From: the human T2T-CHM13v2.0 reference genome, Homo sapiens
NCBI RefSeq assembly: GCF_009914755.1
Contig: NC_060946.1
Strand: one strand, 5' to 3'
DNA: 64,000 nt
How positions within the stretch are numbered: position 1 is the stretch's first letter; the number at the start of each line of letters is the position of its first letter. Under the pieces are notes generated by a model that was given only the letters and a program-made list of their open reading frames with translations, was not told the DNA's origin and ran no database searches. This document shows positions 46,360 through 60,713 of the stretch, piece after piece. Made by a program: the position numbers and the translations under genes.

Positions 46360-46414
46360 TACAGTACATCCCTCTTAGGGGCAAGTCTCTGACTGGTTCT
46401 GGACCTGCCACAGT

Positions 46415-46770
46415 TCACTTGGCCATGTCGATCAGGCTCTGCAGTGAGGTGGGCACCCACGTCTTCTCGCCCTGGACAAAGACCACTCCCCGGTCGATGT
46501 AGATCACAATGCGGCCAAAGGTGTAGAGCTGCTTCCCTTCGTGTCGCTTCCCAATGACGGGCATGAAGACAATGTTGTGCTCCTCAGCCTTGGTCTCAAT
46601 GAGGTCCTTAAAGTTCATGGGCACAGAGCTAGCGGCCACGCCAATGCCCCTCTGAGCCATGTTCTCAGCCTCCCGCCTCTCCTGCATGGCCTCGTACTGG
46701 AAGTCCTTCCTCCGCTCCGTGTGGGTGAGATAGGCAATGTTCTCCCGTGCTCCTGGCTGCATGTAGGCAC
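46415..46770 (-). CDS. TFIP11: TFIP11 last coding exon ([10 protein letters not shown]...SLIDMAK*)
   Basis: tag|GT acceptor; TGA at 46417-46415; 356 nt. Confidence 0.96.
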
Positions 46771-47426
46771 CTAAGATACAGGAGGACAGGGCGGTGAGGA
46801 GAGGTGTTTCCAGGTGTATGGAAGTTGACACTGTGGCTTGGCCCAGGTCTTGGGTGTGCCAGAGTGCTTGTGACTCACTGAAGGGCAGCTCTGCCTCAAA
46901 GATACAACTTTGGAGGAAGTTTAGACGACTGGCCAGTATCACATAAAAACTGTTCAGAAGGTTCCTGGCTAGTATCTAGTAACCAGATTATTAATATTCA
47001 ACATTTTAAAATGAAGTATCTGCAAGGGATTTCTTCCTTCAGAGCTGGAAACATTAACAGAGAGTCCTCAGCCACTCTTCTGTTCCCACCTTGCTCTGTA
47101 GAGTTTCCATTTCCCACCACCAAAGAGGCAGCTTTTAGTACCTTGAAAACATAGGGCCCACACTGGCTTTATTTTTAACCTACCCACACAGGGCCCCCAT
47201 CCTGAAAGAAGTTCACATATATTTAGGGAGCTGAAATGAGTGTTTAAAGGATAATACCAAGACCATAAATGCTAAGTGCTAATTGAGGGGTATATTCAGG
47301 GAACAGTTTTGGAAACATGAGGCCAAGGGTAGCTAAGGAAGAGTTTTTAGAAAAAACTTGATAATTACAGAAGCAGAGAAGTATATTTGCCTTATTACTT
47401 AATCTCTGTTTTCACAGAATAGGCTA

Positions 47427-47727
47427 TTTTTCTTTTTTTTTTTTTGAGACCGAGTCTCGCTCTTGTCACCTAGGCTGGAGTGCAGTGCTTGCAATCTCGG
47501 CTCACTACAACCTCTGCCTCCCAGGTTTAAGCGATTCTTCTGCCTCAGCCTCCTAAGTAGCTGGCATTACAGGCATGTGCCACCGCGCCCGGCTAATTTT
47601 TGCATTTTTAGTAGAGACGGGGTTTCACCATGTTGGTCAGGCTGGTCTCGAACTCCTGACCTCGTGATCTACCCGCCTCGGCCTCCCAAAGTGCTAGGAT
47701 TACAGGCGTGAGCCACCGTGCCTGGCC
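47427..47727 (-). mobile_element. Alu (AluS-like)
   Basis: Reverse consensus. Confidence 0.9.
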
Positions 47728-48540
47728 TAGGCTATTAAATAACAAGAATTAAAGACTCAGGAAATAGAAATTCCAGTTCTAACTGCCACCCTTTAACTAT
47801 GTGACCTTGAACAGGCTCTCAGCCTCGCTGGGCTTATCTGTAAAACACAGACTAGACGATCCCATTTCAATGCTGCGAATCGGCTAATGAGCAACACTGG
47901 AGCACAGGACTGGTTGAAATAGGCTCCCAAATGTAGAAACATAAATATACTCTCACTTACTTATGATCTAGGCAGAATGACTTACCTAGAACTTGGGAAT
48001 AGATATAGTACACGAACAGTGAACTGCCTGTTTTTGACAACACAGACACCACCTATTGAAGGCTATACACAAGCATGAACTCACTCTCCCTTTTAGCCTA
48101 TAAAGTAGATCTTACTGTTTAACAGGTAAAATGGGGCTGATTAAGGCTGAGCAATCACCAAGTGTCAGACCGCGTGCCAAACTCCACACTGTAAGATGCG
48201 TCACCTAAGCAGCATGCTCAGGCATGAATGAGCCTTAAAAGGCCACACAGCACAGTGGTTAAGAGGGCGGGGCCTGGGGTTAGACTGACATCATCTGAAT
48301 CCAGCTTAAGTCAGTCTCCACTCAGGGAAGATGCCCCTCTCAGTCATGGTAGACCTGGGCAGTGGGTGCCAGCTGACCATGTACCCCAGTCAGCAGGGTG
48401 AGAGTCTGTTGCTATGTGCAAAAGTGTGACCTAAGGTTTAGGCTGCCTACAGGAACCAGAAAACTCTGATTCTGTGTCATTTACATGTGTAAAATCTGAA
48501 ACTTGGGGCCAGGACATCCAAAATGGGAATCCTCACTTAC

Positions 48541-48706
48541 CAACGTTGGAGGACACCGCCCGGTTCATGATATCAAGTGCCTCATTAAATTTGTCCTTGA
48601 CAGATGGATGTGCCAGCACTTGGTCTGAGAACATCGACTTCCAACCCAGGTACCACTTGGTGATCTCCTCATAATTTGGGCTGTTACTGAGCCAAGAGCA
48701 CAGCAC
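48541..48706 (-). CDS. TFIP11: TFIP11 coding exon ([12 protein letters not shown]...VSSNV-G)
   Basis: gcag|GTG, G|gtaagt, 166 nt. Confidence 0.95.
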
Positions 48707-49198
48707 CTGCCAAAAAGAAAAATTACTTGCATCCATCGTGGCAACAAATGAAGGCAAGATTTCTGAAGTGGCCATTTGTTTTGTTTTGATCCTGGTCCTA
48801 CAGGCTAGTGACACTACTTTACAGGGATTTATAGTAGCTAAACAGTCTAGCACTTATGAATATGGATTTTGGAGTCAGCCTGGTAGCTAAAGTGCCCTTG
48901 CATGTAAACTCTCTGAGCCTCAGCTTCCATGTCTACACAACAGGGATACCATATCCCCTACCCCATAGGGTTGCTGAGAGGAGCTGAGATAAAGCAAATA
49001 AAGTGCTTGGAACAGCTTCTGATACATGGCAAATGTCCAATAAATGGTGCCCACTATGAAGATGACCTAACTCATTCCTACCCTACCATGTAATTTATTT
49101 TCATTATGGAATTGTACCTACAGTCAGGCCTTGGCAGAAAATTAACTTAATCCCCACCCAGTTCCCTCCCCCAGAAATCCAAGCAAAACAAAGTGTAC

Positions 49199-49341
49199 CT
49201 GAAGCCACTTGGGGAAGAAGTGCTTTTCAAGAAGTCCCACCAGGCTAGAGACAGAGATCATCCCTTCCCAGTCAATCACCCAATAGAATGCATCCATGTG
49301 CTGCTGGTGGGGGTTAATGACTAGCTCACCAAGACACATCC
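49199..49341 (-). CDS. TFIP11: TFIP11 coding exon ([13 protein letters not shown]...FPKWLQ)
   Basis: ccag|GG, CAG|gtacac, 143 nt. Confidence 0.95.
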
Positions 49342-49426
49342 CTGGAAGAGAAACCCGGTCTGTAAGGCACAGCTTTAGTACTGGCAAAGCCAAAGAAGCA
49401 CAAAGAGCAAAGACAATGTCCGTTTT

Positions 49427-49661
49427 CATCTCAGCTTACAGCAACCTCCGCCTCCCGGGTTCAAGTGACTCTTGTGCCTCAGCCTCCCGAGTAGCTGGGA
49501 GTACAGGTGTGCACCACCGTGGCCAACTAATTTTTGTGTTTTTATTAGAGACAGCGTTTTGGCATGTTGCCCAGGCTGGTCTCAAACTCCTGGTCTCAGG
49601 TGATCTGCCCACCTCAGCCTCCCAAAGGGCTGGGATTACAGGCATAAGTCACAACTCCTGG

Positions 49662-49694
<33 letters not shown>

Positions 49695-49888
49695 TTGAGA
49701 CAGGGTCTCACTGTTGCCCAGGCTGAAGTGCAATGGCAGATCTTGGCTCACTGCAACCTCTGCCTCCGAGGTTCAAGCCATCCTCCCGCCTCAGCCTCCC
49801 TAGTAGCTGGGACCACAGGCGCCCGCCACCACACCTGGCTGGTTTGTATTTTTGGTAGAGATGGGGTTTCACCATGTTGCTCAGGCTG
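49427..49888 (-). mobile_element. Two tandem partial Alus
   Basis: 49427-49662 lacks its tail; 49664-49888 lacks its 5' end. Confidence 0.8.
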
Positions 49889-49939
49889 TAATCTGCTTTT
49901 AAAGGTCAAATTTAAGCTCCCGACATAGCGATTCTTAAA

Positions 49940-50117
49940 ATATATATGTGTATATATATACACATATATATATGTGTGTGTGTGTATACATATATACATA
50001 TATATGTGTGTGTATATACATATATGTGTATATACATATATGTGTGTATATATACATGTATATGCATGTGTGTATATATATACATATATATGTGTGTGTG
50101 TGTGTGTATGTATATAT
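49940..50117. repeat. Complex (TA)n/(TG)n/(CA)n microsatellite
   Basis: Read directly from sequence. Confidence 0.95.
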
Positions 50118-50478
50118 ATTTTTTTTGCTAACCTGGAAATAACTCCCTAATAATTTAGAGTAAAATACCACAAAAATTTTAGAACTCCAATGGCTGTCCT
50201 ATTACCAGAAGCCAAAACCAATCGGGAAAACCACAAGGCACAGAGTCTGATATTGTCACTGTGGACTATTAGTGACTGTTGTAAATAAACAGCGGAAAGG
50301 ACCCAAGTTACATTTATGTTCAGCCTCTGAACAAAATGTTACCTTTTTCACAGCAAGGAATATTGTGTACTAAGCACTTTCATGAACATAAAGGCGATGC
50401 TTTAAATCATCACTGCTAACCACAGAAACCAGGGCACCAAAGCTGCTGGGCTTGGAATGCATTTCCCCTTATCCTTAC

Positions 50479-50722
50479 CCAGCTTGGGCACTATGTTTTT
50501 GACCATGAATGCTTCCCAGGAGCCAGGAGTGAAGACATCCTTCCAGGGCTGGAGGATGAGCTTGGCAGAGGAGTCGCTGGGGTGCCACTTCTGCAGGGCG
50601 CTGGACAGCTTACTACGGATGGGGGAATAGAGTGGCTCCAGCCGTGCCTGCATAAGGGGCAGCCATGGGTGGATCCAAGAGTGGATGGGAACAGTGTCTG
50701 TGAGCGGGTTCCAGTTTTCCAC
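50479..50722 (-). CDS. TFIP11: TFIP11 coding exon ([10 protein letters not shown]...IVPKL-G), GCFC domain
   Basis: gcag|GTG, G|gtaagg, 244 nt. Confidence 0.95.
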
Positions 50723-51126
50723 CTGCGAAGTGGGGAGGAGAAACAGTTCATGTCGCCTGTGGGGCAGTCACATAACACCCCTGTGTGGCTAAAGGCAAGA
50801 GCTGCCCCTGGAGGAGGCCCTGTGCTCTCTGAGGCCCACAGTCCTTTGTACATTGCCAAACAAATATGCCCATCCATTTGATTACATCTCAGAAACAGCA
50901 CAATTCTAATTTTAGTGACAAAATCAAGAAAATGAATTCCCTCCTGAGGGTGGCTTGGGGGAAAAAGTGCTGAGAAAAAGGCTGGAATTAACACTATAGG
51001 TCAATAGTTGTGTTGACAAATTCCGTTAATTCCAGGCGTTTTAACAGCACTGAGATAATGAAGCCACAGACTGAACAAGTCCCTGTGATTAGTGATGACG
51101 ACTGTTTCCCATGACTCTCATCCCAC

Positions 51127-51295
51127 CTCCTTTTGCAGCTTGGGGAAGATGAGTTGGTCCAGTATGTTATCTAAGATCCACACAGGAATAATGTGCACCC
51201 AACTATCCAAAAAGTCCACCATCGGGTCACAGTTCCTTGGCTGCCACTGGGTGACAATATTTCGAACAAAAGGCATCCAGACTTCCCATATCAAC
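51127..51295 (-). CDS. TFIP11: TFIP11 coding exon ([11 protein letters not shown]...KLQKE)
   Basis: atag|G, GAG|gtggga, 169 nt. Confidence 0.95.
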
Positions 51296-52001
51296 CTATG
51301 GGAGAAAGGCAGAGGACAGGCTGGTTAATTACACTGACTGGTTTCAAAGTACACCACCACCACCTGCCTCTCTAGAATCAGGAATAAAAATGCAACAGCA
51401 TGGAAATCCAATCAGAGGAAACCATCAGGCCAGTCACCATACTGGCCAGACTGAGCCTGCCTCTTCCTTGTTCTCTTGACTCTCCTCTCAATCTGAGGCC
51501 TCAGTCTCCTAGGTAGTGCCCATCCACCTGGCAGAGCTGCTTTAGGGTCACAAGGGCCTCTTCCCAGGTATCAAGTGCTTTCCCACCTATAGGCTTCTAT
51601 TCATGAGCTGATGCCTCTCACCCTCTTATCACAATTTCAACGTCACCTCCCCTAAGACCTCTGTGCCAACCCCCGTTCCAAGTAGGTTGCTCCTGCAGTT
51701 CTCTATCGCTGTACCTGGTGTGCATCCTGCCTTTATTTGTTCACTACCTTATTTCCCATCTGCTTTTTTTGCTGTACTGTAGACAGAGGCTGTCTGCTGT
51801 GCTCCTAGGGTAAGCCCAGCACCTAGCACAAGCATGATACGCAACAGACATTTGACAAGTGTCAGCTGAATTCATGGCCAAATGTAATTGTACAACCACT
51901 ATGGAAAACAGTGTGGAGATTCCTTAGAGAACTAAAAGTACAACTACCATTTGATCCAGCAATCCCACTACTGGGTATCTACCCAGAGGAAAAGAAGTCA
52001 T

Positions 52002-52325
<324 letters not shown>

Positions 52326-52665
52326 TCACACAAATTTACAGCAGCACAATTCACAGTTGCAAATATGTGGAACCAACCCAAATGCCCACCAATCAACAAG
52401 TGGATAAAGAAACTGGTATAAATATAATGGAATATGACTCAGCCATAAAAAGGAATGAAATAATGGCATTCGCAGCAAGTTGGTTGGAATTGGAGACTAT
52501 TATTCTAAGTGAAGTAACTCAAGAATGGAAAACCAAACATCTTATGTTCTCACTTGTAAGTGGAAGCTAAGTTATGAGGATGCAAAGGCATAAGAATGAC
52601 ACAATGGACTTTGGGGACTCGGGGAAAGGATGGGAAGGGGGTGAGGGATAAAAGACCACAAATTG

Positions 52666-52967
<302 letters not shown>

Positions 52968-53272
52968 CTACAAATTGGATTCAATGTATACTTCTCAGGA
53001 GATGGGTACACCAAAATCTCACAAATCACCACTAAAGAACTTACTCATGTAACCAAATACTACCTGTTCCCCAAACCCTATGGAAATAAAACATTTCAAA
53101 AAAATTAAAAAAAAAAAATTCATAGCCAAATGAATTTAAATTCCTAAAGCACTGTCAGCATGAGCAGAGAATTAATCAAGGCCAGCACTGCTGCCTTCCC
53201 CCACCTTCAGCAATCCTTCCCAACCCCCCAGGAGAAAGGAGCTGGGGTACAGAGCCCTGCTCTGTGGTGTAC

Positions 53273-53379
53273 CTGTGAAAGGCATCTGCTGAGAGGTCCT
53301 GTCCGCCATGGGACAAGAGCTGGTCATTCTCTAGGAGGCTTTTCCACTTAGAGATGATCTCGGTGCCATAAGTGCAGTC
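53273..53379 (-). CDS. TFIP11: TFIP11 coding exon ([12 protein letters not shown]...AFH-R)
   Basis: tcag|GAC, AG|gtacac, 107 nt. Confidence 0.95.
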
Positions 53380-53507
53380 CTGAGGAGAAAGGTGAGCAGT
53401 TGAGGGGCAGCGGGCTCTCCAGTCCTCCCTGCCCATTGAACCAACTCATCAAGCAAGGGTAAGCCCAACCGAGAGGCAGGGATAGGTTGATTTTCCCAAC
53501 AACTCAC

Positions 53508-54035
53508 TTTGAGGGGATCCCACTCCTTGAAGTACTCCTTCATGAGTGGATAGACGATGGCCACAGCAAGGTCCACACGGTCGGACATCCTGTACTCCTC
53601 ATAGTACTTGTCCTGCAGGGTTTCGAAGATGCGGGCACACTCGTCCAGGGTGAGGGGGTTGCTGCAGTCGGGCTGCATCCGCCGCTCGCACTCCTCCACC
53701 ATCTCCAGGACCTTGCTGAGGTTCGAGATGACCCGCTCCTCGTGGTCCAGGACCTCGGTCATCTTCTCCAGCTCATGGAAGAGGTTGACCACCATGTCCC
53801 GCTCATACTGTAGCTGCCGGTCATTCTGGATGATCTCCTGCTCCGTGAGGTCGATGAGCAGCTGCAGGTTGTGCTCCAGCTCGGGCAGCGCGAAGCCGGG
53901 GGCCTTGGCCTCTTTGCCAGACTGTGGCAGCTGTTGGGACTGTAGCGGCAGCCCATCATCGGGAACGTTGTGCTTGTGGCTGATCTGACTGTAGCTGTAG
54001 TAGACCTTCTGCTCCCGGCCTGTCATGTCTATGAC
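53508..54035 (-). CDS. TFIP11: TFIP11 coding exon ([10 protein letters not shown]...EWDPLK)
   Basis: caag|GTC, AAA|gtgagt, 528 nt. Confidence 0.96.
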
Positions 54036-54520
54036 CTTGGAAAACATAGAGGGATGAAGGTTAACACCGCTGCAGCCCTGTTAAACACACAGCTAAGCCC
54101 AGGGGAAGGCCCCATGACAGGGGAAGTGTGTAGAAACCACATTATTCAACAGAGCTGGAGAAGGGCAGTGTTGTAAAGTGGGAACCATACTGTCCTAGCC
54201 TAAAGGAGACTCCAGGGACAAAATCAGATGCAGCAAGCAGTTCTAGGTTGGATCACTGTGAACAAGCCAGATGGAGAAGACTTTTTAGGGAAACATGAAA
54301 TTTAAATAGGGACTGAGTATTAGTAGATGTGAAAATTTATTTTAATGGAAAGGTAGAAGCTGTACTGATCAAAGAAGGTAACATACAATCAGAACATCAC
54401 ATTTTGATTTAAAAAATGCACATAAGCATAGAAAAAGATCTAGGATGTATAACAAGATGTTAACATTTGGTAATCTTGGAAGGATGGAAAATATTTTCTA
54501 CATTTTTGCCTATTTCCTAA

Positions 54521-54872
<352 letters not shown>

Positions 54873-55274
54873 TTTTAATTTTAAAACAAAATAAAATATA
54901 CAAAAGGCTAACTGAACAAAGGCAACCTAGACAATGAGCTAATTCCAATATTTTAGGAAAACAGGAAATGTGAATACGGACTACACTTCTGAAACAGAAT
55001 GATTCATCACCACTTTTTAAGTAAGAGTGTGATCCATGAACCACCAGCTTTAGACTCACTGGAGGAAAAAAAAAAAAAGAGTCCTGAGGTTCAGTCTAGA
55101 CTCAATTCCTGGGAGGCACCTAGACACTCTTATTTCTTATCAGGTCGTCCAGATAACAGCACGTTTGAGAACCCCACTAAAGGCTTTCTTTGAGGTCTAT
55201 GACACACTACATATCCTACAGCAAATGACAACAGGCAACTGTCACCACTGTTCTTTGACTACTTGGAAAAGTAA

Positions 55275-55585
<311 letters not shown>

Positions 55586-56098
55586 AAGTAATGGAAAACT
55601 TAATACACTACATGGACGTAACAGTGGCTGAAAATTTAATCTATCTTAAAAAAAGAAAATACTCAATGCTGGCTAAGGAGCCCTGGGGACTCTCTCCTGC
55701 CCTCCTGGTCAGAGAGAGTTAATACAACCTTCTGAGTATTTAAATGCCTTAAGTACTTTTGTATTCAACATGGTGATTGCACATGTACATGTCTATCCTT
55801 AAAAAATGTCTGAAACAAAGACAAAGTTTTATATACAAACTAACCAGCCAAAAACCCAAACTAAACCAGATAAAAGCTAAATGTCTAACAACGGAGGTAG
55901 GATCAAATAATACAGCACAGCCACTCTCTGGAATTACGTGCTCATTATAAACACTTTGCACTGAGTTTTTAATAACAAGAATGTTATTAAATTCACTGAT
56001 GTAAGCTCCAGAAACACAGGAACATCATTTGGTTTACCAGTGTAGTGCCGTGAAGAGTGCCTAGCAGAGAAGGAACTTGGTAACTATTACTAAATATG

Positions 56099-56162
56099 GG
56101 AGTGTAATGAATAGGAACATGATATTAATACTATGTGAGCATGTTCCTATTCATTACACTCC
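56099..56162. repeat. Perfect 23-bp inverted repeat with 18-nt spacer
   Basis: GGAGTGTAATGAATAGGAACATG (56099-56121) and its exact reverse complement (56140-56162). Confidence 0.95.
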
Positions 56163-56304
56163 TATAAATAAGTGAGAAAAGCAAGGTACCAAAAAAAAAA
56201 AAAAAAAAAAAGGCCTAGCTAAAAGATCCAAAAAACCCTCGAACATGTTCAGTGATTATTTCTGGGGTGTGGATCCTGTACCAGGTGTCCAAGGGCCCCT
56301 GTAC

Positions 56305-56457
56305 CTTGACTTGAGAAAGTTCCTTCTGGGGAGCAGTGAGCTTCTTGCTAATCCTGCCCTTGGCCTTCAACTCTTCCACGGTCTTGTAAGAGTATTTGGG
56401 CTTCTTCTTGCTTCCACTTGGGTCTTTCCTCCACTGGCTCAGCTCCTTCTGAAACTC
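56305..56457 (-). CDS. TFIP11: TFIP11 coding exon ([11 protein letters not shown]...LSQVK)
   Basis: tcag|GAG, AAG|gtacag, 153 nt. Confidence 0.95.
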
Positions 56458-56935
56458 CTGAACCAGAAGAATACAGTCAGATGCAGCAAGGAACAACCAC
56501 TTTTTACCACAGGTGAGGTAGCTGAGACCATTAGCAGATGTCACCATTCACTGTCTTAGATTTATTTACAAGCTCTATATGAAGGAAGGAAAGGATGCAC
56601 CTGCAAGACACCAAAACTATCTAATGATACTCCTTGACCCCATTCGCCCTCTTACAAATAATGAGGTTCAGAAGGCAGGTGCACCAGATGGGAGGGAGAA
56701 ACAAAAATAAAGATAAACGAAACAACATTTATTGAGCATCTACTATGGGCAGGCACTATACTACTTTTAAATGTACCTCATGTAAAACTTAGAAATGCAA
56801 TGTAAAGGATTTTTTAAGCACACAAAACCTTGTTTCTAACTTTAAAATGAAGATAAATAAGCAGGCCCTAACTCTCAAAGCAAAGGTGTCTCTTACAATC
56901 AGGGTCTGCAAAACCTTTCTAGAGGAGGAGCTAAG

Positions 56936-57012
56936 GCAAGCTTGTCCAACCCGCAGCCCAGGACGGCTCTGAATACGGCCTGTTTACGAACACAAATTTG
57001 TAAACTTTCTTA
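56936..57012. mobile_element. MER30-like fragment
   Basis: ttgtccaacccgcagcccaggacggct.tgaat.cggcc...acacaaatt.gtaaactttctta. Confidence 0.55.
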
Positions 57013-57519
57013 GTGTGACGGTAGTAAAGTCCAGCCCACAGAAGTTGGTTTTGGGGTTGTCACTATGTTTTTCTCATACTGGTTAAGACTTGTCATTTTT
57101 TCTCTAAAAGTATCTAGACATCTGGCTACTTTGGGAAAATCAGAGGATCAGGCAATACTGAGCCCACATCCTCATAAGCAACAATCACCTAGAGCTGAAT
57201 AAAGATTTACCTTCTAGACAGACTACAGCCTCACCTCTGTGCCACAGTCCCCACCACTCTTTATTGTCTAGCACCTGGCTCATCTTACTTGCTTCTGTGG
57301 TGTGCCTGGCACCTGTAGGCTTCTGAGAACACCTGACTCACAGTGGTCAATCCCACATTTATCAAATAACTCTTTCATGAAAAGGTCAGTGACATGAAGA
57401 GTAACATGTCTCTTTGCAGCATCCTGCTTTCCCCCATAAATTCAAACAGGAAAAGAGTAATACTTCAATCAAGAGAGCTGGCCCTTTCTATCACTGGGGA
57501 AAAGGGACACACAGCTGCC

Positions 57520-58015
57520 AGCAGATGGCTCCCTGCTGCACTTGGGATGAAACCTGAGCACCTAAAAATGGCTGTCATGGCTGTCTTGTGGACCACCCAC
57601 CCCTCTGAATGCACTTCCTTCCCCTCTGCTTTGTGTACCGCCCTCCCACCGCAAGGGCTTCCTTTATGGTTTCTTAACCACCAAGCTCAGAGCCTCTCAG
57701 TGTCCTCTGGCTTGTCAGCTCACCCTTCTGCCAAGTCTCAACTGAAATGTTTCCTTTCCCAAAAGGTTTCCCTGACCAGCCTATTTATAAAAGTAGGTCA
57801 ACACCACCTCCCAACCCCCAGCCTTATTTTCTGTCTAGGCAGCTCCTGGCACCTTCTGCCATTTCAACTGCCACTTCCACACCACAGCTGCTTGTTTACT
57901 CTCTGTCCACCCCAGCCCTCTCATCATGGTGCACCTAGCCTTCAGCCCAGTACCTGGCATACGGTACATGTACAATAAACATCTGAGGACTAACAGAATG
58001 AAGGGATAAATGAAC
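57520..58015 (+). mobile_element. L2 remnant
   Basis: Pyrimidine-rich body ending agtacctggcatacggta...caataaa...gaatgaa. Confidence 0.55.
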
Positions 58016-58070
58016 AGCCATTAGAAATGGACAGGACACCATCCACCCATGTCTCCTGACTTCCAGTTAC

Positions 58071-58198
58071 CTCTTCAGCTTCTTCCTCTGAGTCAACCAC
58101 AGGGAAGTCTTGCATGGACTGAGTGGTGCGCTCGGATCCATAAGCCCCCACAGCACCTTTTCCCTTTCTCTGCTTGGCTTCAATTGGGTTAATGATAC
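58071..58198 (-). CDS. TFIP11: TFIP11 coding exon ([20 protein letters not shown]...EAEE), end of G-patch
   Basis: tcag|GT, GAG|gtaact, 128 nt. Confidence 0.95.
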
Positions 58199-58832
58199 CT
58201 GAGGAATTTCAGCAAAAAAAAAAGAGAGTCTTACGATCACAGCAATTCATGTATGTGAATCAGCCACTCAGTGAAATGACAGTTTCTTGCTCCTTCCACA
58301 AAATAACATGCTACTCAGGAAGGAGAGCTATTCTCTGCCCTCAGAACACTACTCTTGTCCCTTGTGATTTGAAACTTATGAGCATTTATGCTACCACAGA
58401 ACAGTCTGCTGACTAGTTTATTTATATCCCAAATAGATTTCCATTTCCACTTGGATTGTTTAGTGGACAGGAAGAAAACAGAACACTACATTTATAACTG
58501 AGAACTCCAGCACACTAAATTCTATGCTTCACTTCTTTGGGAGCCTCTATTAGGGAAAATGCAATAATTCCAATACTATACTGATTCTGACTGAAGTGAA
58601 GCTGCAATTTAATATAAGACTCCTCACATATTTTACTTAGGAGTTCCTATCTCCTGTGTTTAACTTTTTTATAACAAGTTTAAGCCCTGGAAATAAACGT
58701 TGTTTTTCTCATAAAAGAGTTTACGAATAGGACCACAACATTTCAATGAAGACGTTCCCCTGACTCCAAATTTTCCATCCCTGCCCCCCTTCCATTTAGT
58801 TCCACTGAAGTCTTAAATAAGAGCTATCCCTG

Positions 58833-59090
58833 GGCCAGATGTGGTGGCTATGCTTGTAATCCTAGCACTTTGGGAGGCCAAGGTCTTGAACCAGCCTGGG
58901 CAACATAGTAAGACCCCATCTACAAAAAAAGAAAAAATTAGCCAGGCACAGCAGAGTGTGCCTGTGGTCCCAGCTACTTGGCAGGGTTGAGCCCAGGAGG
59001 TTGAGGCTGCAGTGAGCTATGATCATGCCATGCCATTGCACTCTACCCTAGGTAACAGAGTGAGACTTTGTATCAAAAAAAAGCAAAAAA
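58833..59090 (+). mobile_element. AluJ-like with deletions
   Basis: Diverged consensus. Confidence 0.8.
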
Positions 59091-59198
59091 ACTGTCCCCT
59101 CATTCTCATTCAGTGTATCTTTACTCAAGTTCATGTATTTTTCATGTACCTAATGTTTTCAACACATAACCTGGATTTCACTTTAATAATTATTTAGA

Positions 59199-59490
59199 GG
59201 CCAGGCGCAGTGGCTCACACCTATAATCCCAGCACTTTGGGAGGCCGAGGAGGATGGATCACTTGAGGTCAGGAGTTCGAGACCAGCCTGGCCAACACAG
59301 TAAAACCCTGTCTCTACCAAAAATACAAAAATTAGCTGGGCGTGGTGGCGGGTGCCTGTAATCCCTGCTACTCGGGAGGCTGAGGCAGGAGAATCACTTG
59401 AACCCAGGAGGTGGAAGTTGCAGATGAGTTGAGATCGTGCCACTGCACTCCAGTCTGGGTGACAAGAGTGAAATTCTGTCTCAAAAAATA
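59199..59490 (+). mobile_element. Alu (AluS-like)
   Basis: Consensus match. Confidence 0.9.
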
Positions 59491-60064
59491 ATAATGTTAT
59501 TATTATTATTTAGAGACTGGAATTTGAATATGTAGGATACATTTGATTATATCTACTTGGCAATCATGCATAGGAAATAGCTCAAGAAGAGGGGGAAATG
59601 TTCCTGTAGGAAGAATCCAACTGTTTGGTTTGAGAGGCTTTGGTCTCAAGAAGGTAAGAGTGTGACAGCGGCTGTGTCTCAATGGGGCTGGCCATGAGAA
59701 GACAGGAGGAGACTGGGCTACTAGAGGAAGATGGAAGTAACCAATGCAGGATTTGCTCAGCCAGTTTTATAGCCATATGGCTCTAGCTATTACAAAAACT
59801 ATGCACGATGTTTTACTGATATTCCTGAAGGACAAATAGGGTTATTTCCACAAAATTAAAACCCTTGTGAGTAGGGATGGCAAACTCAAATGACTCTGGG
59901 ACCAAGAAAAGTTCCTGTGGGTTGGGGTGGAAGACAACAGGGGGTAATGGAGACTGCCTCCAAGAGAAGGCCATGTCCATCGTCCCAGGAGCAGTTCTCA
60001 CTTGCCTCAACTAACTACTGCCAGGCAAAATCTAGAATTTTAGGTGAAATTGTCTGTTTTTTAA

Positions 60065-60424
<360 letters not shown>

Positions 60425-60713
60425 TCATTTTTGTTTTTAGAAGCACTGGTCAGGACCAGAAAAAAAGCCTGTTTTCAACCTGTTTGCAGCCTGTTTTAGA
60501 CCCTAACCCTTTCCTTGCTGTTGAAACAATTACTTATTTAACTTGAGCTTTGATAAAGCAAGGTAGCTTAGGAACGCAAATGTCTTGTGCTGGCAAACCA
60601 GGCTGGAGAGATAAAGTGCTTTTAAAAGGGAAAAGCAAACCTCCTCTCCCAACGCCCCTCTCCTTCCCTATGCCTGCCCTCCTCCATCATGCAAGACGAC
60701 AAAGGTGCAATAC

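Noticed and set aside
49296-49928. 210-aa ORF and the many similar [13 protein letters not shown] ORFs
   Set aside because: Translations of Alu sequence.
49935-50171. Y/I/H/T/V/C-rich ORFs
   Set aside because: Translation of a TA/TG microsatellite.
53487-53988. Plus-strand ORFs of 108-126 aa (also 46541..46774 and 56245..56559)
   Set aside because: Antisense shadows of GC3-rich TFIP11 exons with no independent gene signals.
57394-57978. 194-aa plus-strand ORF
   Set aside because: Overlies a pyrimidine-rich L2 remnant and has no recognisable domain.
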